The notes below the pieces were generated by a model. The model made no database searches. It was not told where the DNA came from and worked only from the letters and a program-made list of their open reading frames with translations. From Myxococcota bacterium (GTDB lineage Bacteria; Myxococcota; XYA12-FULL-58-9; JABJBS01), in contig JAYZAY010000030.1 of NCBI GenBank assembly GCA_036339465.1, positions 1 to 64,000 of the forward strand: a DNA stretch of 64,000 nucleotides. The letters run 5' to 3'. The position numbers were made by a program, and so were the translations under genes. Positions 39,007 to 48,397 of the stretch are shown one piece after another; the first letter of the stretch is position 1, and every line of letters begins with the position of its first letter.

Positions 39007-39900
39007 GTGTCGTTTATAAGTGATTCGACCGTCCAGCCAGGGCGGTTCATTGGGCTGGCCAAGGATTATGCGGCCTTAGCCAAACCGCGATTATCTTCGT
39101 TGGTGTTTTTTACTGCACTAAGTGGCTTGGTGATTGCCCCTGGAGAAACTCTTGGGGGTGTTGACTCAATTGTGTTTCTTTTTGCGACTGCCCTTATCAT
39201 CGGGGCAGCAAATGCCATTAATTGTTATATTGAACGAGACCAAGATGCCTTAATGGAAAGGACTGAAATGCGGCCACTGGCTACTGGTCGTGTTCAGCCA
39301 GAAATTGCTTTGGCCGTTTGGAGCGCTTTGGGGTGCTTAGCGGCCCTTCTCTTGGTGTTATCTACGAACCTTTTGACGATGCTTTTGGGCGTCCTCGCTT
39401 TGGTGCTTTACACTGGGGTTTATACGCCCCTAAAATACGTTTCGCCATTGGCCCTCTATATTGGAGCGATACCCGGGGCGATTCCACCGCTCATGGGGTG
39501 CACGGCTGTCACCAATAGTTTGAATTCGGAAGGACTGATTCTCTTTGCTCTTATGCTGGTATGGCAGATACCGCATTTTCTCGCGATCTCTGTTTATCTC
39601 AAAAAGGATTACGAAAAAGCAGGGGTTAAGATGTATGCCTCCAAGTATGAATTTTCCAGAATCCAAAACTGGATAATTTTGACATCAATTTTGGTCGGTC
39701 TTGTTTCGCTCTTGCCCGTGCTCTTCGGGATGACTTCATGGTTCTACGCCCTTTTTGCTCTCGTAGCAGGTACCTGGTTGGTGGTTCGAGCGATGGAAAA
39801 GAAGGAAAGTGATCCGGCAAGATGGAGTCGGCGCTACTTTCTTGCGACGGTCATCTATATTCCGCTAGTCTTTGGAGCATTGGTAGTGGGGGTGTATTAG
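39007..39900 (+). CDS. ctaB: Protoheme IX farnesyltransferase (heme O synthase)
   Basis: LAKPR, N.YIERDQDALMERT..RPL..G, YTPLK, GAIPGAIPPLMG, WQIPHFLA, DY.KAG. Confidence 0.96.
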   Translation: MSFISDSTVQPGRFIGLAKDYAALAKPRLSSLVFFTALSGLVIAPGETLGGVDSIVFLFATALIIGAANAINCYIERDQDALMERTEMRPLATGRVQPEIALAVWSALGCLAALLLVLSTNLLTMLLGVLALVLYTGVYTPLKYVSPLALYIGAIPGAIPPLMGCTAVTNSLNSEGLILFALMLVWQIPHFLAISVYLKKDYEKAGVKMYASKYEFSRIQNWIILTSILVGLVSLLPVLFGMTSWFYALFALVAGTWLVVRAMEKKESDPARWSRRYFLATVIYIPLVFGALVVGVY

Positions 39901-39902
39901 AC

Positions 39903-40904
39903 TTGTACTTGGAACGTGAGAAAAACGATGCGAATCTTTCCCGCCCGGTATTGATAACGGAGGCGGAAGGCCCTCCCTCGAAGCTCGCAATCAGAGGCCT
40001 TTCTTTAACGCGAAATGGACGCGTCATTCTCGACGACATTTTTCTTGAGGTTGGAACTGGTGAGACCCTTGGAGTTCTTGGCGCTGCGGGTTCTGGTAAG
40101 AGTACGCTCGTTCACTGCGTTACAGGGTTGTGTAAAGCGGATATGGGTACTCTTTGGCTAGAGGGGAGCCCGAAGTCTCCCAGTGATTTTTTGTTTCGCT
40201 CCAAAGCAGGTGTTGTTTATCAGGATTCGAGTCTAGAGCCAACGCTTACTGCCTTTGATAATTTGGTTTTTGGGGGACAACTATTTGGTTTAGGGCGAAG
40301 TGAAGTTAGAAAACGCGCGGATGAATTGTTGGGATTCATGGATTTACGGGAGCAGAGAAATCTAAGGGTAGAAAACCTATCATTATCTATGCAGCGTCGT
40401 TTAGAAATTGCACGAACTCTAATCCATTCACCGGAAATTCTTGTTTTGGACGAACCAACGGTGGGCTTAGAAAGCGGCGATTTTGATAAAATTTGGCAGC
40501 TTCTAGGCTACCTTCAGGAGCAAGAAAACCTAAGTATTTTGGTGACAACGGATTGGGCGGCGGAGGCGGCTAAGTGCCATCGCTTGGTGATTTTTGATCG
40601 AGGGCATGTTGTTTGTATCGAAGAGCCCAGTTCCTTAATGGACAATGTCAGTGGTGAAGTTCTCAGCATAAAAACAAGGCAGCCGAGTTTTCTGAAGACA
40701 TACCTGGAAGAAGCCACTGGTATGTATCCTCAGATTATTGATGGAGCGGTCGAATTACAAATCGAGAATGCTCACCAATGGCTCGAAAGAGTTGTCGACT
40801 TCTTGCCCGATGGCAGCTTTGATTCTCTACTGGTTCGCAAAGCGAATTTGGCCGATGCATTTCTGAATTTAACGGGACGTGGACTTAATTACAGGGGAAG
40901 TTAA
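39903..40904 (+). CDS. ABC transporter ATP-binding protein (ABC-2/DrrA-like; degenerate signature and H-loop)
   Basis: Walker A GAAGSGKST, Q-loop VVYQ, Walker B ILVLDEPT. Start uncertain (TTG 39903/39909; ORF track 39822). Confidence 0.88.
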   Translation: MYLEREKNDANLSRPVLITEAEGPPSKLAIRGLSLTRNGRVILDDIFLEVGTGETLGVLGAAGSGKSTLVHCVTGLCKADMGTLWLEGSPKSPSDFLFRSKAGVVYQDSSLEPTLTAFDNLVFGGQLFGLGRSEVRKRADELLGFMDLREQRNLRVENLSLSMQRRLEIARTLIHSPEILVLDEPTVGLESGDFDKIWQLLGYLQEQENLSILVTTDWAAEAAKCHRLVIFDRGHVVCIEEPSSLMDNVSGEVLSIKTRQPSFLKTYLEEATGMYPQIIDGAVELQIENAHQWLERVVDFLPDGSFDSLLVRKANLADAFLNLTGRGLNYRGS

Positions 40905-40911
40905 GGGATTT

Positions 40912-41718
40912 ATGAGTCGGATATCATATCAAATTGCAACGATACGCGTCTTACTTAAACGGGAAGTCCTTAAATATCGTCGGATGCCTTTAACCCTCTT
41001 GAGTATTATGGGTTTTTCGGTCGGGGTGTGGCTTTTAATGGGCTTAGGGTTTGGGCCTCTTTTTGAGACGACAAATCTTCCCTTTTCTTTCGACGAGTTT
41101 ATGTTTCCAGGTTTGGTTTTGATGGTTATGATTCTCTCGGCTATTTTTTTGAACGAAGACGTTGTGACCGATAGGTACAGTGGTTTCATGCGAACTCTAT
41201 TGAATGCGCCTGGTGGGGTTGGCGCTCTAATTGTTGGTAAATGTTTAGGCGTGAGTGTCGTCACCTTAGTTCAAGCGGGATTCATTTTTCTTCTTTTTCC
41301 TTTATTGGGTGGTTCTTTTGGAGAGATTGATTGGCTGATTGTGGTCAGTGTCTTTTTATGTGCCTCCACCGCCCTAACGGCATTCTGCTTTTCATGTGCG
41401 TGGTTGAGTAAGAGTCTCGACGCATATCGAACTCTTCTTTTCAGCGTCTTAGTCTCCGTCTGGTTTCTGTCGGGGGCTCTTTTTCCAATGCTTTTAACGC
41501 GTCCTTGGGTGGAGCAGCTTTCGCGTTGGAATCCGATGGCGCATACTTTCTTTCTACTTCGACATGCCCTCTACACGGAAAAAACACCCATGTTCTCAGG
41601 TAGCAGGGGAGTAGATACAGACTTTTCTTTACTCTTTATCGGCGGCTTTACGCTGGTAACAATCCTAGCGGCGGCGTTTTTGAGGCGGGAAAATGTGGGG
41701 GAAGATTTGCGGTCTTAG
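40912..41718 (+). CDS. ABC-2 type transporter permease
   Basis: Six TM helices, F.FPG, D...GFMR.LL.AP, GK.LG, FLSGALFP, NPM.H. Confidence 0.88.
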   Translation: MSRISYQIATIRVLLKREVLKYRRMPLTLLSIMGFSVGVWLLMGLGFGPLFETTNLPFSFDEFMFPGLVLMVMILSAIFLNEDVVTDRYSGFMRTLLNAPGGVGALIVGKCLGVSVVTLVQAGFIFLLFPLLGGSFGEIDWLIVVSVFLCASTALTAFCFSCAWLSKSLDAYRTLLFSVLVSVWFLSGALFPMLLTRPWVEQLSRWNPMAHTFFLLRHALYTEKTPMFSGSRGVDTDFSLLFIGGFTLVTILAAAFLRRENVGEDLRS

Positions 41719-41725
41719 GTGAATT

Positions 41726-42109
41726 TCATCCGTTGTCTCTTGGCTTCAGACCTATGTGGCTACCGAACTCTGCTTCAACTTTGTCAATATCATCGGTATT
41801 ATAGCGAATGAGGTTTCGAAGATGCTCAAGGTCATCCAAGGCGACGCCTGTGAATTCTATGCCCAAACCTTTTTCTGTATCCCGGCTGACTTGGCCGCTG
41901 ATGTCAAGTTTGATTCCGCCTCCGTCCAATTCGAGTTGAACTTCACAGCTCGTTCCAAGTGGGAGTTTTCCCGTGCACTCGAGATAGACGCCATTGAGAC
42001 TAAGGTTTTCTGCAATGCCACAAATCGAGGTTTTGTCTTCCGCACTGAGTTCCACTTTAAGGCTCACCAAAACCCTTGTAAATTCCCGACGATTTTCATC
42101 ATTGCTCAT
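41726..42109 (-). CDS. Stand-alone PilZ-domain protein (putative c-di-GMP receptor)
   Basis: RREFTR (RxxxR) and NLSLNG (D/NxSxxG); GGAG RBS before ATG 42109. Confidence 0.9.
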   Translation of the reverse strand: MSNDENRREFTRVLVSLKVELSAEDKTSICGIAENLSLNGVYLECTGKLPLGTSCEVQLELDGGGIKLDISGQVSRDTEKGLGIEFTGVALDDLEHLRNLIRYNTDDIDKVEAEFGSHIGLKPRDNG

Positions 42110-42151
42110 CCACGGTCTCCTGCGATAGGTTAGAGTGTCCTCTAACCTCCA

Positions 42152-43690
42152 ATGAAGCACAACACCATGTTTGGGTCCAGAAATAAATGCCGAATGAGAT
42201 TTGAGCCTACCCTTCAAAGTGGCGCTCTTTTGATTGCGATTGTTTTGAGCCTTTCCTCTCTTTCATGGGCCCAAGAAGAACCGGGAGGACCTGCCGGTCC
42301 AACAGGAAGGATTCCTGTCGAGCAGGCCGAAACACTTGAAGAACCCTTGATGTTTTGGGCCGACGCAGTGGCTTTTGATGAACATGGCGGTGGCAGCTCA
42401 AAGATATACGAGGTGGAAATCGGTGGTACTATCGATTTGGGACTGGCGGCTTTTGTGGAGAGAGTAGCCCTTCGTGCGACCAAAGAAGATTTGATATTGT
42501 TGAGGATTAAGACATTTGGAGGGCGTGTCGATGCTGCGGTTCGTATCCGCGATGCGCTGCTGAATGCCGACGCCGTGTCCGTTGCTTTTGTCGATATGAG
42601 AGCGATAAGTGCGGGTGCCCTCATTTCTTTGGCATGTCATACGATAATTATGAGTCCCGGAGGTTCGATTGGTGCGGCGACACCGGTTCAGGGCGGAGGG
42701 GCCGATCAAGCATCTCGGCCTTCCTCGGAAAAAGTGGTTAGTTACATGCGTGCCGAAATGCGCGCCACAGCAGAGGCGAGGGATAGGCGAGGAGATTTAG
42801 CTGAAGCCATGGTGGATGCGGATATTGTTGTTGAAGGGGTGACAGAGAAAGGGAAGCTCCTAACGCTCACCACACAAAAAGCTTTTGCGCTTAAACTCGT
42901 CGATGGAATTTTGGATGACTATGAAAAAATTCCCGCCGCCCTCAATCGAGGAAAGTCTGAGCGGGTTTCCATGGAAGCCCATTGGGGAGAGAAAATCGCG
43001 CGCTTTCTTACGGACCCGTCCGTGAGCAGTTTGTTGATGACTTTTGGTATGCTGGGGTTGTTACTGGAGTTTTATACTCCGGGTTTTGGGGTGGGGGGCG
43101 CCATTGGGGCACTTTGCTTATCACTCTTTTTCTTTGGGCAATATGCGGCCAATCTGGTCGGCTTCGAAGAAGTGGGCTTATTGGTTTTTGGGCTTATTCT
43201 TGTTTTGATTGAAATATTTGCGATTCCGGGATTTGGGTTAGTTGGACTATTGGGATTCTTATTCATTTGCGCTGCTTTTGTCATGTCCCTTCTGGAGACC
43301 ACCATTCCTGTCGATGTGGCTTTGGACTTGGGCTATCTTCAAGATGCCTTAGAAAGTGCGAGTTTAAGGATTGCGATTTTGTTGGTGGTGGCCACGGTTG
43401 CATCCATCACCTTCATGTCTCGTTTCTCTAAGCTGCGAGGGACGAAGGCCATGATTTTGGAAGCTCCTCCATCCGAAGAAGGCCCAAAATCCACGAGTAC
43501 AGATTTTCGAGGTATGAAAGGTAAGGGCGGAGTTGCCATGACGGACCTTCGTCCATCTGGATTTGTTAGAATTGAGGGCGAGCGAATCAACGCTCTTACG
43601 GAAGGGGAATTTATTCCCGCAGGTTCCGATATTATCGTTCTCGAAGGCAAGGGGGCTGAGGTGGTTGTGGCTTTGGGGGATGGGAAATAA
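42152..43690 (+). CDS. nfeD: NfeD/YqeZ membrane-bound ClpP-class protease
   Basis: I.TFGGRVDAA, AISAGALISLAC, GSIGAATP, AEAMVD, LLTLT, TM bundle, C-terminal OB fold TDLRPSG...GEFI. Start may be 42194. Confidence 0.92.
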   Translation: MKHNTMFGSRNKCRMRFEPTLQSGALLIAIVLSLSSLSWAQEEPGGPAGPTGRIPVEQAETLEEPLMFWADAVAFDEHGGGSSKIYEVEIGGTIDLGLAAFVERVALRATKEDLILLRIKTFGGRVDAAVRIRDALLNADAVSVAFVDMRAISAGALISLACHTIIMSPGGSIGAATPVQGGGADQASRPSSEKVVSYMRAEMRATAEARDRRGDLAEAMVDADIVVEGVTEKGKLLTLTTQKAFALKLVDGILDDYEKIPAALNRGKSERVSMEAHWGEKIARFLTDPSVSSLLMTFGMLGLLLEFYTPGFGVGGAIGALCLSLFFFGQYAANLVGFEEVGLLVFGLILVLIEIFAIPGFGLVGLLGFLFICAAFVMSLLETTIPVDVALDLGYLQDALESASLRIAILLVVATVASITFMSRFSKLRGTKAMILEAPPSEEGPKSTSTDFRGMKGKGGVAMTDLRPSGFVRIEGERINALTEGEFIPAGSDIIVLEGKGAEVVVALGDGK

Positions 43691-43760
43691 GCGAGCCCAG
43701 AGGTTTGGGGCCCCGGACCGTGGTAACGTATAAATAGTATTAATTTGGAGGTTTTTGAAT

Positions 43761-44762
43761 ATGACTGGAATCTTTTCGGCAGCAACGATTACGACGCTTG
43801 TCGTTATTATTATCGCGCTCTTGTATCTTGTTCCTGTTGGGCTGTGGCTGCAGGCACAAAAGTCTGGGGCGCCTGTGGGAATCGTTGACCTCATAGGAAT
43901 GCGCTTTCGAAAAGTGCCTCCGTCTACGATTGTCCAAGCAAGAATCATGGCTCACCAAGCCGTGGTACCGCTTAATCTTAAATCGCTGGAAGCGCATTAT
44001 ATGGCAGGTGGTCATGTTACTTTGGTTGTTCAGGCCCTCGTTTCTGCAGATCGCGCAGGCATTGGTCTTAACTTTCAAAGGGCCGCAGCCATCGATCTTG
44101 CGGGTCGGAATGTTTTGGAAGCGGTCAAAATGAGTGTGTTGCCAAGGGTTATTACTACGCCTAAAATTACTGCGATGGCAAAAGATGGCATCCAAGTAAG
44201 CGCCTATGTCAAGGTAACCGTGCGTGCGAACCTTGACCGATTGGTGGGGGGAGCGACCGAGGAAACCATTTTGGCTCGGGTCGGTGAAGGTGTGGTGACC
44301 ACCATTGGCTCTGCCGATAGCCACAAAAAGGTTCTCGAAAACCCCGACGACATTTCCAAGAATGTTTTGACAAAAGGATTAGACCAAGGAACCGCATTTG
44401 AAATCCAGTCAATCGATATTGCAGATGTTGATGTTGGGGCCAACATTGGGGCCAAACTTCAAATTGAGCAAGCTGAAGCGGATAAACAAATAGCCCAGGC
44501 CAGGGCAGAATCCCGTCGAGCACTTGCGGTGGCAGAAGAACAGGAAATGCTCGCGAAAATTAACGAGATGCGCGCCAAGGTCGTTGCAGCAGAGGCTTTA
44601 GTACCCAAGGGTTTAGCCAATGCCCTTGAGTCTGGAAATTTAGGTGCCTTCGATTATTTTCAAATGAAGAATGTCGTTGCAGATACCTCCATGCGGAGTT
44701 CCATTGGAAAGAGCATGGGTGGAAGTGCTGGCGGTGGGGGTGAGGATGAAGAGCAAGTCTGA
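43761..44762 (+). CDS. floA: Flotillin-like protein FloA (YqfA family)
   Basis: [69 protein letters not shown]. Confidence 0.95.
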   Translation: MTGIFSAATITTLVVIIIALLYLVPVGLWLQAQKSGAPVGIVDLIGMRFRKVPPSTIVQARIMAHQAVVPLNLKSLEAHYMAGGHVTLVVQALVSADRAGIGLNFQRAAAIDLAGRNVLEAVKMSVLPRVITTPKITAMAKDGIQVSAYVKVTVRANLDRLVGGATEETILARVGEGVVTTIGSADSHKKVLENPDDISKNVLTKGLDQGTAFEIQSIDIADVDVGANIGAKLQIEQAEADKQIAQARAESRRALAVAEEQEMLAKINEMRAKVVAAEALVPKGLANALESGNLGAFDYFQMKNVVADTSMRSSIGKSMGGSAGGGGEDEEQV

Positions 44763-44931
44763 TAAAATACAGAGCTCTTCCGAGGGCACCACTGAGGGAA
44801 TGGTTCAACGAGTTTTGATGGACAAGAAACGTCTGGCTCTTCTGGTCGCTATGGATGGCTTACCTCCGGTTCTGACTCGAAAGTTGAATAGGAATTCAGA
44901 CTCGCGGCGTTTGGGCAAAATTTATGGATGA
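44746..44931 (+). CDS. Putative small protein (61 aa) bridging floA and the next gene
   Basis: ATG preceded by GGGGGTGAGG. Overlaps the floA stop and the next start. MKSKSDK...[21 protein letters not shown]. Confidence 0.4.
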   Translation: MKSKSDKIQSSSEGTTEGMVQRVLMDKKRLALLVAMDGLPPVLTRKLNRNSDSRRLGKIYG

Positions 44932-45424
44932 TGGTCTCCTCCAGATTCTAGCCTTTATTGGCTATTTGATTCTGGCCAATGTGTTTCGGACATTTAGGAA
45001 TCGCGGTACTCAGGGGGCCACTTCCACCAACAATCGGCCCACAGCGGAGACAGAGACTACCTACCGGGATTTTCGGGACCCGGAGTCCAATTGTTTGGAT
45101 GAGCATTGGGTTGAGGACGACGATGTTGACTCCGAAGTGTTCAAGCCACCAATCATTGATGAAGACAAGGTTTATGTTTATCGGGGTGCCCCCAAGGAAA
45201 GAAGTTTAAGGGAGTCTGTGGAGGTTGATGCTCGGAACTCAATGGCGGAGACAGGGAGTGTCGGTGATCTAGCAATGGCTTTTTTGGAGCATCAAGCGCA
45301 TGGAGGGGCGGCGGGGGCTGGCAACGCAACGGTCATTGGCCGGGAACACAAAGGTTTTTCTTGTCCGCGTGAGGAGATAAAAGACGTGATTGTGACTGCC
45401 GAACTGTTTAAGAGACTTGTCTGA
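44924..45424 (+). CDS. Hypothetical membrane-anchored protein (YqfB-like position)
   Basis: N-terminal TM, acidic disordered body, C-terminal IKDVIVTAELF; follows nfeD-floA. Confidence 0.65.
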   Translation: MDDGLLQILAFIGYLILANVFRTFRNRGTQGATSTNNRPTAETETTYRDFRDPESNCLDEHWVEDDDVDSEVFKPPIIDEDKVYVYRGAPKERSLRESVEVDARNSMAETGSVGDLAMAFLEHQAHGGAAGAGNATVIGREHKGFSCPREEIKDVIVTAELFKRLV

Positions 45425-45602
45425 CTTTATCGGTTTTTCTGTCCAAACCGACTCGACAACACGATTCGCCTTTTTTAGACTTAGCTTCAACTGGCAAGAC
45501 AATGGACAAAAACTTGGGACAGGGTGGCTTTCCGATTACACTTTCTTACCTGCCCTTCTGCCGGCGCGAAGGCCGGGAATAAGATGCTCGGCAAGGGGTT
45601 CT

Positions 45603-46220
45603 ATGAATGAATATAGAGTAAATGAGATGGACTTAGGGGGCACAAAGGATGGTGTGAGGGCGCCTAGCTCGGCAGGTTTTACGCTTGTAGATTCATTTCT
45701 CGGTATGGCTATTTTTTTGATTGCTATCGCAACCACTATTGGGGTTCAGTCTTCTGCTTCGGATGCGTTCTTGAAGAACCGCAACGCATCTTTTGCTGCC
45801 ACGATCGCTCAAAGCGTGATTGAAGAAAATTTTGTCGTGGATCGGTCAGGATTAAGTGGGGGCGGAGTATCGCCTCGGTTTTATGATAAATCTGGCTTTG
45901 AATTGACGGGAACACATACGGTAAGTGCCCATTACCGGGTTGATGTTACGACCTCTACTCCAGAAATCGGCAGCTTGGATGGCCAAGAATATGATCAAGG
46001 AGCGGGAGGAGGCGCAGACAAGCAATTTTCCATGGATTATTTACGAAGGTTGGAAGTTGTGGTTTGTTTTGGAACTCTATCTCGTCTAGAGGCCAGCATT
46101 ATCAACAGCGCCAATGCATCTATCTGTCAGACCACCATTGAAGCCGCGGTGAATTCGAGTCAGGCTCCCAATTTAAAACTGTATCGTACCTTTACGAATT
46201 TACTTGCGGGTGATTCATGA
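45603..46220 (+). CDS. pilV: Type IV pilus minor pilin, PilV-like
   Basis: Class III signal G|FTLVD followed by a hydrophobic helix; first gene of an ATGA-coupled cluster. Start 45603 or 45627. Confidence 0.75.
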   Translation: MNEYRVNEMDLGGTKDGVRAPSSAGFTLVDSFLGMAIFLIAIATTIGVQSSASDAFLKNRNASFAATIAQSVIEENFVVDRSGLSGGGVSPRFYDKSGFELTGTHTVSAHYRVDVTTSTPEIGSLDGQEYDQGAGGGADKQFSMDYLRRLEVVVCFGTLSRLEASIINSANASICQTTIEAAVNSSQAPNLKLYRTFTNLLAGDS

Positions 46221-47716
46221 GGTGTTCGCATATGAAGGTGGGCGGTTTCACCTTAGTAGAGCTCATGGTGACTCTCGGGGTTACAGGTATCGCGATGACT
46301 GTTATCTTGACCGGTGTCGGTGGCATTTTTCGTGGTTATGAAAAGCAGTTAAGTGGTGTTCATGCCCTGGAAAATGGACGAACTGCAATGCGTGTTATTC
46401 GACAACACCTTCAAAATGCAGGGTATGGTTTTTCAATGTATGGAAATAGCGCGGGTTTTTTTCCACTGGGACAATGTTGGCGCTCAAGCAATACAGAAAG
46501 CTGCAATAACATCGATGAAATTCCTGTGAGCAGTGGGCTTTTTCACGACCGCCTGAGAGTGCTCTACGGCCGAGCGGATGGCCTGGATTTTTTTAGGGAA
46601 TCCTGTGGTGTGACGAGCAGTTCAGAAATCAAAGTTTTTAACTATGCTTCGACCACACCAGTTTTGAATGACCAAGGGGAAAAATTCGCGATTCTTTCCG
46701 GGGAGTGTGTTGTAGCCGCTGCGGGTAAGGACAGCAGTACGGTTCTTATGAAATTAACGTCAGAGAGCGCGCAGGGCGAATCTCAAAGTGGACCAACGGT
46801 CGATTGCTCTACGGGTCCGGGTGGCCTGGGGTGTTCATGTCTTGATGATAGTGATTGCACGACATCAGGGCAGAGGTGCCGCGCTGATTACAATTATTGC
46901 ACGAAAGCTTGTAGCAGCAAGGGTGACTGTGCACCAGGGCAGCTCTGCGAAGACGGGGAATGCTTTTTTGGATGCGATGACCCATCAAATATCAAGAGAG
47001 CCCATAGAATATATGGCTACACGCCATACACCGATGCGAAAATGAGTGAAGGTGATACCTGTGTGGGGGCATCTTATCAAAACTTCAATTTGTTGATGGC
47101 GGAATTGGTGGATTTTCGAATCCAACAATCGAATGGTTTTCCCGTTTTGAAAATGGTCAAGAATATTCTCGCTAAGGAGGAATCCAATAATCGTTTCAGT
47201 TGGGATACCGATGCCGTTACCGTAGCATCCGGGATCGAAACGCTTCAGGTTCGCTATGGTCTAGATTTGGGGGTTGACGGGAATTGTGCTGCTCAAGGTA
47301 ATGAGACTGATTGTAAGAAATACCGAAATTGCTCATGGGATACGACCAAGGGTTGTAGTTCATCGGAGAATGCCACAGGAAATTATGAGGTTGATTGTTG
47401 GTGTGATGATCCCATTGATTTGAGCACCTGTTTTCGCAAGGACTGCGCAGATACAACCATTGATTGTCAGAGTATAACCGGCCTTGACAATGCGGCAAAG
47501 CTGAGCCGCGTCGTTGCGGCGAAGGTGGGTATTATTGCGAGGAGTCGGTTGCCTCTGAATAAAGAGGCAACGGAGGATTTGGTGCCCTTACCGAGACGAC
47601 TGTTTCCAAAGAGATGTGACGGTGAACCAGATGGTTCGGTGGTGGTCAGTAATATCCACGATGGGTATACCCGGTGGGTCTTTTATTCGACGGTGGGTCT
47701 GAGGAATCGACGATGA
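46217..47716 (+). CDS. pilW: Type IV pilus minor pilin, PilW-like, Cys-rich
   Basis: G|FTLVELMV, R.AM..I...LQNAGYG, VASGIETLQVRYGLD, VVAAKVGIIARS, terminal V.LRN. Confidence 0.85.
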   Translation: MRCSHMKVGGFTLVELMVTLGVTGIAMTVILTGVGGIFRGYEKQLSGVHALENGRTAMRVIRQHLQNAGYGFSMYGNSAGFFPLGQCWRSSNTESCNNIDEIPVSSGLFHDRLRVLYGRADGLDFFRESCGVTSSSEIKVFNYASTTPVLNDQGEKFAILSGECVVAAAGKDSSTVLMKLTSESAQGESQSGPTVDCSTGPGGLGCSCLDDSDCTTSGQRCRADYNYCTKACSSKGDCAPGQLCEDGECFFGCDDPSNIKRAHRIYGYTPYTDAKMSEGDTCVGASYQNFNLLMAELVDFRIQQSNGFPVLKMVKNILAKEESNNRFSWDTDAVTVASGIETLQVRYGLDLGVDGNCAAQGNETDCKKYRNCSWDTTKGCSSSENATGNYEVDCWCDDPIDLSTCFRKDCADTTIDCQSITGLDNAAKLSRVVAAKVGIIARSRLPLNKEATEDLVPLPRRLFPKRCDGEPDGSVVVSNIHDGYTRWVFYSTVGLRNRR

Positions 47717-48384
47717 GTAAGGCACACGAGAGGGGGTATGTTATGATAGTCGCGCTCGTTTTTGGGGCGACGCTAGGTATTATGGGTGTTATTCTCATCA
47801 ACTCCTTGATGTCTGATGCGAAGTTAATGGGAGCAGAAAGAAGCACGCTTGAGGCTCAACAGTTGGCTGAAATGGGTATTGCGTGGGCTTATGATTTTAT
47901 CAATCGAAAAATTGAGATCGACCAATCCGATACCAGCAATGAAGGATTGAACGGCTATACTAATTATACGCCTTTGCTAAAATTCCGACCAGTGGCGGAT
48001 TATGGCTATGGTTATACCACCAGTGATAGTTCGGTGGTCCAGGGGTCGCGGACCAAGATTCTGGCCACAAATGATAATGTCTGCGCGGTGAAGGCTATTT
48101 ATCGGGCTCAGGGGGGAGCCTGCTACCCAAAAGAGTTCTTAGGGACGAGCAATTCCCGCCAATGGCGGCGGCTGCACAAAGATGAGGAGCGCGTGCTGGT
48201 GCGCAATTCAGAGAATGCGACGAAGGGCAGTTATCGTGTGGCCATAAGAGATGACGATGATGGTGATGGCAATTATGAATTGGATACCAACCAGTCAATT
48301 TTGGTCCGTTCATACGGAGTATCTTTAGGCGGAGCCCGGAAACTCATTGAAGTTAGGTTTAGTTGGGGATGTGATAGATTTTAA
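47713..48384 (+). CDS. pilX: Type IV pilus minor pilin, PilX-like
   Basis: RG|YVMIVAL lacking Glu5 (typical of PilX), A.QLAEMGI..A, C-terminal DDDDGD...I.VRSYG. Confidence 0.8.
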   Translation: MSKAHERGYVMIVALVFGATLGIMGVILINSLMSDAKLMGAERSTLEAQQLAEMGIAWAYDFINRKIEIDQSDTSNEGLNGYTNYTPLLKFRPVADYGYGYTTSDSSVVQGSRTKILATNDNVCAVKAIYRAQGGACYPKEFLGTSNSRQWRRLHKDEERVLVRNSENATKGSYRVAIRDDDDGDGNYELDTNQSILVRSYGVSLGGARKLIEVRFSWGCDRF

Positions 48385-48397
48385 AAAGAGCGGCGAA

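Noticed and set aside
43339..44808. Long antisense ORFs (up to 194 aa) opposite nfeD/floA, and similar shadow ORFs elsewhere
   Set aside because: They lie antisense to well-conserved genes, with no RBS or recognisable motifs.
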